Virus record (IMG/VR): IMGVR_UViG_3300032030_000005
Coordinates: 128,001 to 192,000 of that record
Source of the DNA: a virus
Taxonomy: Duplodnaviria; Caudoviricetes
DNA: 64,000 nt
Reading direction: 5' to 3' (one strand)
Under the pieces are notes generated by a model, which did not search any database, was not told the origin of the DNA, and was given only the letters and a program-made list of their open reading frames with translations. The position numbers and the translations under genes are program-made. Shown piece by piece: positions 19,719 through 29,283 of the stretch (position 1 is the first letter of the stretch; each line of letters starts with the position of its first letter).

Positions 19719-21080
19719 ACCGTCAAAATCCCCTCCCATAGCTTCAAGATAGAAGCTATTAACACGAACGGTATCTACAAAGAAATCATGATTACTATTT
19801 TTATTTTTATCAGGATAATCTTCTAATATTAAAGGATAATCTTCAAAATAATCATTTCCTAATGTCATTGTACATGTTTTCTGTGTTGATAATATCTTAA
19901 TTCTACTAGGATATATATTCTGGAAGTTAGCGATTGGATAACGAGTTACATATACATGTTTAGTTTTTACTACTTCACTAGCTACTATAAATAATAAATC
20001 TGTAATAGTGAAATTTCTATGTAATTCTTCTTGATATAAACCGAGATAATGAATAATTCCTTGGTCATCTTTGAAAGGAACTCTATCAAATCTAGATTCA
20101 TGGTTTTTAATATATGAATTACATAATTTTTTTATATGATCCTCATCAAAATTATCCATAAAATGATTAATTGTACAATTAAAGTTTTTTTCTACATCAT
20201 ATTTAAAATCATCTAATTTTCTTTCAAACCATGCTTGCATTTCATATATTATAAATGGTAAGAATAATACAATTACCTGTGATAAAGGGACACCAGTTTC
20301 TCTAAAGTTTACTTGTGTCTTCTTCCATGTAGGAGCTGTTACCATAGGACAAGAAATAACAGATCTTGTAGAATAGTCTATAGATTTACCTAATAAAGCT
20401 CTATGTATAAGACCTGTTTTCTTAGCTAACTGAGATGTGCAATAATCATATATTTGAACTAATAAATCCTGAATTAAAGAGTCATTTGTGTATGATAAGA
20501 AATTAAAGCTAAAATCATCAGTTGACTGACAATATCTAATAACCTTAGAATACATATCATTTATAGCGTCTACAGAATCAACTCTATCATTATTTTCAGT
20601 AGGCTGAAAGTCCCTAATAAACGGTGGTATTACTAAGAACTTATTAACGAATAAAATATCTTTAGGGGTCTTATTAAGTACTAATATTTTTTCATCTCTG
20701 GTAAATGAATCTGAACTCTTGAATCTAAACTTCTCCCAGTTATCATATAAGAATGATATACCTGTTTGTCCATTTTCATCTTCAATGATTTCACCTTTAC
20801 TATTAACAGAAAAATACTTAGTACCGTTTATGCAACCAGCTAATTTACGATTCATACTAATAAGAATCTTATATGTTAATGGATGTAAAAATCTTTTCTT
20901 TAAATCTATATAACCGAATATTTGTTTTCTATCTTCCGAACCCATTTGTCCAAATAATTCTATAGATAATAAGCCATCAGATGTTGGCTTATTACCAAAA
21001 TTAAAAAGTATAGCATTGGTAACTTCAGGACATTTATTTCTTTTAATGAATTCGTCCATATTTGTTAAATTAATATTCAT
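19719..21080 (-). CDS. rpoC: Exon 1 of the second RNAP beta'-N subunit (likely virion RNAP); spliced product about 505 aa
   Basis: DGLLSIELFG, FGYIDL, GKSIDYSTRSVI, VTRYPI, MGGDFDG|; downstream of a late-type motif (22021). Confidence 0.9.
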
Positions 21081-21087
21081 ATAGATA

Positions 21088-21993
21088 TCACCTACCTATT
21101 TTTTCAAGAATATTATTTTTATCTGGTACAGCGTATCTGTTTAATTCTATAAATTTATTAATATCAATAGGATCATCTTTACCTGCTAAAATATCATTTA
21201 ATTTATAATAATCTTCTTCATATTTAAATTTATACTTCTTTACAAACTGTGCATAATCATTATAAGAAATTAAATTAGAATAATCTCCTTCTAATCTTGA
21301 AACATAGTTTCTATAAAATTTTTTAATATCCTGATCTGTTAATTTATAAATAAGAACGCCAGCACCTACTAATGTAGCACCAGTTGCTATTGGACCATAT
21401 TTAGGGCCTAAAGCATCTTTAATACCATTAGCAACTATTAATGAACCACCAAGCATTAACCCTTTAGAAGCTATATCTGCAAAATCTTCATTATAAGTAG
21501 TATTTAAAGGATGTTCACATAAAGGCTTTCTAGGTTTTCTCCAATTAGAAATACAACCTTTATTTTCATTCGTACATTTAACACCCTTATCAATCTTTTT
21601 ACCATTCTGATCTAAGATGGTAAAGTTATAATCTTCAGGATTATCACTACCGATAGAATCTGTATCAGCTGTTGATTTTAATCCCATATGATTACGATAT
21701 ATAGCATCAAAATCTACATCGCTTCTGTGATTTTTATTTACATTATTGTTATTAGTAAATATCTTCTTATTATATGTGTTTCTAACATCATCATCGTCTT
21801 TTTTATTATTTATTACAGATGCCGTCATTTTGTTATTATAATTATTATTGCTATCATTATAATCAGATACTCTCTTATTCTGATAATTTGCATTTTGAGT
21901 ATTATTTGTTAAATGACCATGCTTAGAACCTAAGATGATTTGCTTATTTTCTATGCCTTCCGGGAAGTCATCATATATCTTCTTATCTGCCAT
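21088..21993 (-). CDS. Hypothetical protein with an Asn-rich N-terminus and a Gly-rich hydrophobic hairpin
   Basis: GLMLGGSLIVANG..IATGATLVGAGVLIY; late motif 22021. Confidence 0.6.
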   Translation of the reverse strand: MADKKIYDDFPEGIENKQIILGSKHGHLTNNTQNANYQNKRVSDYNDSNNNYNNKMTASVINNKKDDDDVRNTYNKKIFTNNNNVNKNHRSDVDFDAIYRNHMGLKSTADTDSIGSDNPEDYNFTILDQNGKKIDKGVKCTNENKGCISNWRKPRKPLCEHPLNTTYNEDFADIASKGLMLGGSLIVANGIKDALGPKYGPIATGATLVGAGVLIYKLTDQDIKKFYRNYVSRLEGDYSNLISYNDYAQFVKKYKFKYEEDYYKLNDILAGKDDPIDINKFIELNRYAVPDKNNILEKIGR

Positions 21994-22058
21994 ATTTAAT
22001 CATTCCTTTCTTAAAAAATATAAATGTTTGTTGAAGGATAAGATTTTTTAATAAAATG

Positions 22059-22318
22059 AAAAAAAAAATATCCACCCTGCAGTGTGGATATTTAAAAACT
22101 CTCACTCTGCAGCGTGAGAGTTTTTACTTCTTCGGGATCATATAAAGCTCCTTTTCTACTCTCATCGTGGATCCCTACTTCATACACTTTGAGAATAAGG
22201 TTTTTCTTTTTACCAGGATTCGATATTTTATCGAACACAGAAAAACTCTCTAAAGACCTGGACAGTGCTAACTATTGAAGAATAACACACGCACTGTCTA
22301 ATATGTATTATTCTTCAC
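22059..22318 (-). ncRNA. Candidate ~260-nt structured ncRNA (5' H-type pseudoknot, two internal domains, twin CUGCAG-loop hairpins)
   Basis: Early motif 22323-22332; several complementary stems whose G-U pairs work only on the minus strand; ends in hairpin plus U tract; no substantial ORF. Confidence 0.65.
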
Positions 22319-22356
22319 GATTATAATATATATTTAATATTATAGTTTATTACGGT

Positions 22357-22977
22357 TTATTTATCATCATCGAATAATAATAGTAAACTAATCTCAGCTG
22401 CAGTAGCTTCATCAGTATCTATTTGTAAAGTTCTTGTAAATTTATTATAAGATACTTTACTATATTGTTTAATGATATTAACATCACCAACGCTATCATA
22501 TAAAGATATTTCAAAATAATTTTTTGAATTTCTGGACCAAGACCAACTATCTATTGTTGGTATCAACTTATCATAATTAGTATTATTCACAAATATATGA
22601 TTAATTGGTACTGAACAAAAGCAACAACTTAATAACTCTTTTAAAGTTACATCTATATCTACATATATAATTACTGATGATAGGGATGTATTTTTACATC
22701 CCATTGCAATTATCTCATCAAAGAATGAATTATTTCTTCGATTAAGATAAGGTAATATTAATGTATTTTGAGATGTAGATGGTATAAACGTATCAAGATC
22801 TTCTTCTATTTCAATTTTTTGATTATATAGTAAAATTATATTTAAATTAGCTATTATTTTTGTAATAATATTACCTTTTAATATTAAATCTCTATAAGAA
22901 TTATTATTCCTTTTAATAATATTGTTAAGGCCTATTAACTCATTCACATTCTTTATCTCATAAGTATTATTATTCAT
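22357..22977 (-). CDS. Hypothetical protein, distant member of the 41011-43576 family
   Basis: C-terminus LQIDTDEATAAEISLLLLF. Confidence 0.55.
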   Translation of the reverse strand: MNNNTYEIKNVNELIGLNNIIKRNNNSYRDLILKGNIITKIIANLNIILLYNQKIEIEEDLDTFIPSTSQNTLILPYLNRRNNSFFDEIIAMGCKNTSLSSVIIYVDIDVTLKELLSCCFCSVPINHIFVNNTNYDKLIPTIDSWSWSRNSKNYFEISLYDSVGDVNIIKQYSKVSYNKFTRTLQIDTDEATAAEISLLLLFDDDK

Positions 22978-22985
22978 ATGATCAC

Positions 22986-23537
22986 CTATAAATTAGCTTG
23001 AAGTAATAATAAGGCTTCAAATTTTTTACTTTCATTTTCAATATACAATGTTTTATCTTGAATGCTATAAGATACCAAACTACCTCTTGGTATGCAAATA
23101 TCTTTAAATTTTGTATGAGATAAAAGACTATATACTGATACAAAAGTAGATGTAGTTTCATGGATAATAGAATTATTAACCATAAATTTTCTCACTATCC
23201 CTTCAGCCGGTAATACTCTAACTATATCTTTACATGTTACAGCATCCATGTTTATAGTAAAAATTATTTTATTAAAGCTTTTATTACAGCAACGTATTCT
23301 TCCTATAGTTTGTTTATACGCATTTATATTTGTACTAGTTACAATAATTGAGAACGGAGCATATAAATTTTCAACAACTTTATCCTTAATCTTGATTATA
23401 GTTTTTGAGTCATATTTTTTACTAGTTAAATACTTATACATAACATATAAGTCACTAACACCTTCTATTAAGAAGGTGTTATTTGGACTTACTTCTAGAT
23501 TATAGAAAGTGTGAAATTTAATTTCTACATCATCCAT
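22986..23537 (-). CDS. Hypothetical protein, paralogue of 22357..22977
   Basis: Shared VSY....TL.I C-terminal pattern. Confidence 0.55.
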   Translation of the reverse strand: MDDVEIKFHTFYNLEVSPNNTFLIEGVSDLYVMYKYLTSKKYDSKTIIKIKDKVVENLYAPFSIIVTSTNINAYKQTIGRIRCCNKSFNKIIFTINMDAVTCKDIVRVLPAEGIVRKFMVNNSIIHETTSTFVSVYSLLSHTKFKDICIPRGSLVSYSIQDKTLYIENESKKFEALLLLQANL

Positions 23538-23710
23538 GTTTCATTATTCTCCTTGTCTTCTTTTGTAAGATCTATTTTTTCCTCTTTAGGATAAAGATAA
23601 GATCTTACCTCTTCGACCATATTTGTAATGGTAACTGCAATATAGATAGTTCCTATTACTGCGACCAATAACAACGCGATAAAGATTGCATTAATAAATG
23701 ACTGGTTCAT
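23525..23710 (-). CDS. Small single-TM membrane protein
   Basis: AIFIALLLVAVIGTIYIAVTI hydrophobic stretch. Confidence 0.6.
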   Translation of the reverse strand: MNQSFINAIFIALLLVAVIGTIYIAVTITNMVEEVRSYLYPKEEKIDLTKEDKENNETWMM

Positions 23711-23823
23711 TTCCTAGACTTCCTTTCATTAATATAAATTGTATATACTTTAATACCAATTAATATGGTAAATAAAATATTCAATAATAAAATGATTAAT
23801 CCAATTGTTTTTAATATAGCCAT
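23707..23823 (-). CDS. 38-aa single-TM micropeptide MAILKTIGLIILLLNILFTILIGIKVYTIYINERKSRK
   Basis: AAGGAG RBS, early motif 23837; ATGA overlap with the next gene. Confidence 0.65.
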   Translation of the reverse strand: MAILKTIGLIILLLNILFTILIGIKVYTIYINERKSRK

Positions 23824-23886
23824 GATATACTCCTTTATAATATATAAATAAAACCCTTAAGAGACTTTATATCTCTTAATATATAT

Positions 23887-24834
23887 TTATAAAATTTTAT
23901 TTTCTATTAAAATATTTTTTATTTCATCTTCAATATTTTTAAATTTAGTATAAGGAATTCTATACAATTTAATATTATTTTCTTTACAATATGTATCTTT
24001 AACAAAATCTCTTTTATTCTGAATCATATCTTTATTATATAAGCATTCATGGAAATGTTGTTTCCCATCACATTCAATTAGTAAAAAAGAATTATCATAG
24101 TTTATCTTAAAATCAAATCTTAATAATTTAATATATTTACAATCATTAAAAATAGCATTATGTATAAAATCAATATTCAAAGACTTTAAATATTCAATTA
24201 CTCTTAATTCACTGTTAGAGATTCGTTTACTGCACATTGAACATCTGTATCCTTGTTGAAAATTATTAAATTTTATTTCAAAAATATTGCCACAAGTTTC
24301 ATGTAATATTTTAAGTTTGTCTTTATTACCATTGTAAACATCAGATATTAATTTATAACCATTAACAGATTCAATCATATTTTTTATATCATTTATATCA
24401 TACTTTTTATTATTAGAATATTCTCGTAAATTATTTATTTTACAAGTAGGACAACTCTTTAAACTTTTTATATTACTTGGTTTAATATCCCAAGTAGTAT
24501 TACATTTTAAATGCTTAATTTTTAATGGTGACTTACTATTATAAGTATCAGATATTATTTTGTATTCATTTTTACCAAATGTATCATCTAAATATTTTTG
24601 ATATTTTTCAATACTACCAGTTCTAGCACTACAATATGTACATTTTTCATCTCTTAATAAACCATGAAAACTTTTTTCAAATATAGTATTGCATTTTAAA
24701 TGTTTAATTTTAATTTTACTATGAGAATTTAAATTTTCATATTCTTCATTTGTTGTTAATACCAAATATTCATTTGGATATTTAGCTTCTAATTGCTTTA
24801 TATAAAAATCTAATGATTTTTTCATTTTAATCAT
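23887..24834 (-). CDS. Free-standing homing endonuclease (zinc-ribbon plus Vsr/EDxHD-like)
   Basis: KHLKC..CPTC repeats; FDFKI..IECDGKQH. Confidence 0.8.
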   Translation of the reverse strand: MIKMKKSLDFYIKQLEAKYPNEYLVLTTNEEYENLNSHSKIKIKHLKCNTIFEKSFHGLLRDEKCTYCSARTGSIEKYQKYLDDTFGKNEYKIISDTYNSKSPLKIKHLKCNTTWDIKPSNIKSLKSCPTCKINNLREYSNNKKYDINDIKNMIESVNGYKLISDVYNGNKDKLKILHETCGNIFEIKFNNFQQGYRCSMCSKRISNSELRVIEYLKSLNIDFIHNAIFNDCKYIKLLRFDFKINYDNSFLLIECDGKQHFHECLYNKDMIQNKRDFVKDTYCKENNIKLYRIPYTKFKNIEDEIKNILIENKIL

Positions 24835-24847
24835 TCCTTTGTTAAAA

Positions 24848-24881
24848 AAACCCTTAAGAGATATTGATCTCTTAAGGGTTA
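24848..24881. terminator. CCCTTAAG hairpin terminator after nrdD
   Basis: AACCCTTAAGAGAT-attg-ATCTCTTAAGGGTT. Confidence 0.8.
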
Positions 24882-24886
24882 ATTTA

Positions 24887-27208
24887 TTAATAGTGAACTA
24901 CTCTGTTATCAATTTCTGTCTTTTTACCTTTATTAATAGGTCTTGAAGAAGCATCTGTCAAATAACCGCTAATTCTACGAATTACTTGCTGATATTTAGG
25001 ATCTGTGTTACCACAATTAGGACACTTATATCCATTATTTGTTGGTTGATGTTCTCCAACATATCCACATTTAAAGCAAGTATCTTCTTTAACATTTATA
25101 GACATATAAGGAACATTTGACTCATAGCAATAATCCCATAATGGTTCAAGAGCCATATAATTATCTTTAAGGCTATTACAATCAATCATACAGGTAATAC
25201 CGCCAGATGAATATTTTGAAAAATTACCTTCAAAATCAATTTTCTCAAATCCAGTAGCTTCTTGAGTTACATCTAAGTGAGAACTGTTAGTATACCAATT
25301 TTTATCAGTAATGCCTTCTATTTCACCAAATAAAGATCTATCATGTTCAAGAAATCTTCCAGCCAAGCTTTCAGATGGTGTACCATATACACTATATGCC
25401 CATGTTTCTTTCTCAGACCATGATTTAGTAGCACCATATAAAACTTTCATAATGTTTTTACCTTTTTCAATCATTTCCGGATTTTTAAACATTTTCTTTC
25501 CATATATAGCCAATATGGTTTCATGTAAACCAATAAAGCCTAATGAAACTGATGCTCTTTTATTAATAAAGGCTTTACCAACTTCTTCATCTGGGTGGAA
25601 GCTAAAACCTGTTGCACCATAAGCATTAACTGTTGAATCTCCATATAATGTTGGTGCAACTGTAGCTTTAACATGTACAAGACTTTCAGCTCTATATTTT
25701 AATCCTTCATGTGCTACATCTAATACTTCGTTAAGCTTTTCGAAGAAGTACTGTTCTCTACCCTTAACAGTTATAGAATGATTTTTAGCTTCTAAAGCTA
25801 TTTTAACTAAATTAACACTAATAACTCCCATATTATTTCTTCCATCATATACTTCTTTACCAGTTTCAGGATCTTTCCATATATGTAAGAAAGAACGACA
25901 ACCCATACAGGCTTTAAATCCAGATGATTTTTCAATATCTACTATCTTATGTTCTTTATCTTTATATTTTACTTCACCTTTTGCAACTTTACAAATATTT
26001 TCATAACAAAGAATATCTGGATACATTCTTTGTGAAGAGCATTTCATAGCTAAACATTTTATATCATAATTAGGATCATCTTTATAGAAGTTAATTCCTT
26101 TACATAATATAAATAATAATTTAGGGAATACTGGAGTTATTTTATTTTTACCCATACCATTAATACGCATTTCTAATATTGACTGCTGTATAAATCTAGA
26201 TGCCATTGAAGTTCCTAATCCAAAAGAAATTGATACAAATGGCGCTTGGCCGTTTGTTGTATATAATGAATTAATTTGATATTCTAAACATTGTATTCCA
26301 TCATATATATCTTTAGATATTCTTTTAAGGCATCTTTCAATAAATTTCTTTAAACCTTTTACATTTAATTCATCTTCAAGTTTATTATTAATCTTTTCAA
26401 TAGAATCAAGACCAGAGATATCAATCGGAAGTTTTTCGTCATATCTATCTTCAAACTTTTCTTCTACTATTTTAATATAACTCTTAATTACATAAGGTTC
26501 TAAACCCTCATCAAGACGATTTAATGTTTGACCTCCATACTGACTAGATGCTACAGCTTGTACTATCTGACTTAATAAAGTGCATGCAACACCAAATGAC
26601 TTAGGACTTTCTACAACTGCATTACCAATAATAAAATTATTTTTAAGCATTGTCTGATAATCAACAAGCATACAGTTATACATTTGGAATAAAGGCGAAT
26701 AGTCCAAGTCGTGCCAATGGATATAATTAAGATCCATATACTTTTGTACTCTAGCCGGTATTAAATAAATATCTTTAGTAATTTCTTTAGCTACTGTACC
26801 GGCAAGTAAGTCTCTCTGGACATAAAGCTTATCGGCTGCCTTATTTGCATTTTCAGCTATAATATCTGGATCAGTATAGTCTAACAGTCCATGAATCTTC
26901 TTAACAAGCTTTGAACTTCTCATTCGTGAAGCATCTCTTGCTCCTCTATAAGAAGTGTATTCTCTTGCAATATCTGTTGAATATGTCATTAAAACACTTT
27001 CAACAGTCTTTTCAATATCAGATATATCAATCTTATCTGTATAGTTAAGAGCAATAATATCTGTGACATCATTTGTTATTTCATAGACAATATCTAATTC
27101 ATCAATCTTATTGATTTTAGTCATTGCCTTGATAATTGCATTTGTGATTTTGTTTGGATCGAAATCTTCAATTCTTCCATCACGTTTAATTACTTTTAAA
27201 TTTTCCAT
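24887..27208 (-). CDS. nrdD: Anaerobic (class III) ribonucleoside-triphosphate reductase with ATP cone
   Basis: VIKRDG ATP cone, HWHDLDY, YNC, MGCRSFL, YGTPSESL, CxxC..CxxC, glycyl-radical RRISGYL; GAGGAG RBS before ATG 27208. Confidence 0.95.
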   Translation of the reverse strand: MENLKVIKRDGRIEDFDPNKITNAIIKAMTKINKIDELDIVYEITNDVTDIIALNYTDKIDISDIEKTVESVLMTYSTDIAREYTSYRGARDASRMRSSKLVKKIHGLLDYTDPDIIAENANKAADKLYVQRDLLAGTVAKEITKDIYLIPARVQKYMDLNYIHWHDLDYSPLFQMYNCMLVDYQTMLKNNFIIGNAVVESPKSFGVACTLLSQIVQAVASSQYGGQTLNRLDEGLEPYVIKSYIKIVEEKFEDRYDEKLPIDISGLDSIEKINNKLEDELNVKGLKKFIERCLKRISKDIYDGIQCLEYQINSLYTTNGQAPFVSISFGLGTSMASRFIQQSILEMRINGMGKNKITPVFPKLLFILCKGINFYKDDPNYDIKCLAMKCSSQRMYPDILCYENICKVAKGEVKYKDKEHKIVDIEKSSGFKACMGCRSFLHIWKDPETGKEVYDGRNNMGVISVNLVKIALEAKNHSITVKGREQYFFEKLNEVLDVAHEGLKYRAESLVHVKATVAPTLYGDSTVNAYGATGFSFHPDEEVGKAFINKRASVSLGFIGLHETILAIYGKKMFKNPEMIEKGKNIMKVLYGATKSWSEKETWAYSVYGTPSESLAGRFLEHDRSLFGEIEGITDKNWYTNSSHLDVTQEATGFEKIDFEGNFSKYSSGGITCMIDCNSLKDNYMALEPLWDYCYESNVPYMSINVKEDTCFKCGYVGEHQPTNNGYKCPNCGNTDPKYQQVIRRISGYLTDASSRPINKGKKTEIDNRVVHY

Positions 27209-27427
27209 ATACAACACTCCTCTTGACTAATTTTAGGGATATATTCATGTTTCCATCCAAATTAATCAAAAATTCCGAGGTTGAACCTAGGAAAACTGAT
27301 GCCTTGAATATTCTATAAATATTCGCAATGTTTTTAATTTTTAATATAAATTTATTAAAACTCATTTTCATCACAAAATATTATAGAAATATCAAGACTA
27401 GTGAATTCCTAGGATTGACCTAAGAAT

Positions 27428-29182
27428 TTATATTAATTCGTTAGCCTGATCATCTTCATCAAGCTTTATTTCATCACTCTTAAACTTCTTATCCTTGAAG
27501 TTTAAAATCTTCTTAGGTTTATTATTGACTATAGATTTAAGCTTTCCTGGAGAATTCTCAATCTGTATAGTATCATCTATATCAGGTTCATCAGATAACC
27601 TAAGCATACCTAATGCCTGTTTATTATCAATATCTGTGGCAATTCGAAAACCATGATATTTTGGATCAGGATCAAAAGGCTGTGCGAAATATTCTACACC
27701 GCTAGCACCCCTCGCCATAATACATTTAAATGTAACGAATTTGTCACCAGATTCAGTTGTTTCTGTGTTTAATATTATTGAATAGTCTGCATTTTCATAG
27801 ACTAATGATGACTCACCAACCTGTGAACCACCAAGTTTTCTCGCTATATCCTTTTTACGTTCGGATTTTGCATTTTCTACAACTCGAAGAGCTTCTCTAT
27901 TTAACTGTGATGCAGTTAATACAGGAATATTTTTAGATTTTGCAAAGTTACAAAATTCATTAACTACTTCACCAAGTTCATCTCTTTTTTGTTCTGTTTT
28001 ATATGTTCTCTGTGAGTGAATTCTCTTTATGTAGTCCTGTACCACACAAATTATTTCCTGATTATCTAATGTAAGATAGTCATCGTATAATTTATCTAAT
28101 ATACCTGTATCAACAGACATATGTGTTTTAAATTCTATACGAAGTGCAACACCTGTTTTCTGTATTGTTTCTCTTTCAATAGTGTCTAAGATATTGTCAA
28201 TATCTTCATCAGTTATTTTATATTTCTTTTTCTGTTTACCACTCTTTGTTGTTACAAGATCAAAATCAAAATCAAATGATAATCCAAGATAGTTATATAT
28301 TCTTTCAAATGTTTCTATCATAGAATTTTCCATTGTAAAATATAATACTGCTGGAGTCTTATCTTTATATTTTAACTCATAATCATCATAGTAACATGCA
28401 ACATTCATTGCTATATTTAACAGTGTACCTGATTTAAATGATTTTGCTACACCTAATAAAAGATAACAGCGTGAACCCTGCATACCACCACCCATCATCT
28501 GATCCAACAGTTGATATCCAGTAGTAATCTTATTGCCCGGATTTAATATAGCATTTATTGATTTTTTAATAATTTTTCTTGCTGTTTTTCTGTCCGCTAT
28601 ATTAAAACTATCCATTTTACTATCAGTGCTATTTTTATTAGAATTGAAGATTTTATTTATTTCCTGTAATGTTTCTTTAGAATCTGCTACATTTTCATCT
28701 AAAGTTTCAAAGTCAGGATTTTCAAACATATCTATGATCTTCTTTAATGAAGGAAGATATTTATTGATAGTAAACATGTTTAATTGTGTTTCCACAAAGT
28801 TATTCCATCTTTCAATTTTTTCTCTACCAAATTCCTTATTTTCTGCATTATTAAAGACGTCTTCGATAATATTGGATGGAACACTTTTATTTAAAGTATC
28901 CTTGGCTAACTGTTTTAAGTCTTCATAATCAAAGTCATCAATGAGTACATTGTCAACTAAGAATTTTAACAGTTTAAGTCTCTGGATTGTAGGTAGTTCT
29001 TTTTCTTCATTATACCTACTGACATCTATTGTATTTAATAATTTCTGAAGATTGAATAGGTTACTTTTAGTTATATTCTCATCTCCAGATAATGTATAAA
29101 AAGTTAAATTTGTAATAGTAGATATGGATAATTTTAAAAATCCTTTATCTACTTTTTTAGATTTTTTATCGATATATGACAT
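27428..29182 (-). CDS. dnaB: DnaB-like (SF4) replicative helicase
   Basis: TGYQLLDQMMGGG, variant Walker A GVAKSFKS, FTMEN, VVQDYI, TASQLNR. Confidence 0.85.
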   Translation of the reverse strand: MSYIDKKSKKVDKGFLKLSISTITNLTFYTLSGDENITKSNLFNLQKLLNTIDVSRYNEEKELPTIQRLKLLKFLVDNVLIDDFDYEDLKQLAKDTLNKSVPSNIIEDVFNNAENKEFGREKIERWNNFVETQLNMFTINKYLPSLKKIIDMFENPDFETLDENVADSKETLQEINKIFNSNKNSTDSKMDSFNIADRKTARKIIKKSINAILNPGNKITTGYQLLDQMMGGGMQGSRCYLLLGVAKSFKSGTLLNIAMNVACYYDDYELKYKDKTPAVLYFTMENSMIETFERIYNYLGLSFDFDFDLVTTKSGKQKKKYKITDEDIDNILDTIERETIQKTGVALRIEFKTHMSVDTGILDKLYDDYLTLDNQEIICVVQDYIKRIHSQRTYKTEQKRDELGEVVNEFCNFAKSKNIPVLTASQLNREALRVVENAKSERKKDIARKLGGSQVGESSLVYENADYSIILNTETTESGDKFVTFKCIMARGASGVEYFAQPFDPDPKYHGFRIATDIDNKQALGMLRLSDEPDIDDTIQIENSPGKLKSIVNNKPKKILNFKDKKFKSDEIKLDEDDQANELI

Positions 29183-29283
29183 ATTATTCCCCTCTCTGTC
29201 AAATTGATATATATCTGTTTTTTACAAATTTTTTAAAAAATGGCATAAAACATCAAAGTTTTATGCCATTTCTCTTTTTATAT

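Noticed and set aside
27186-27374. 62-aa ORF as an nrdG or nrdD accessory gene
   Set aside because: No radical-SAM CxxxCxxC motif and no clear RBS; the region is better explained as a structured leader
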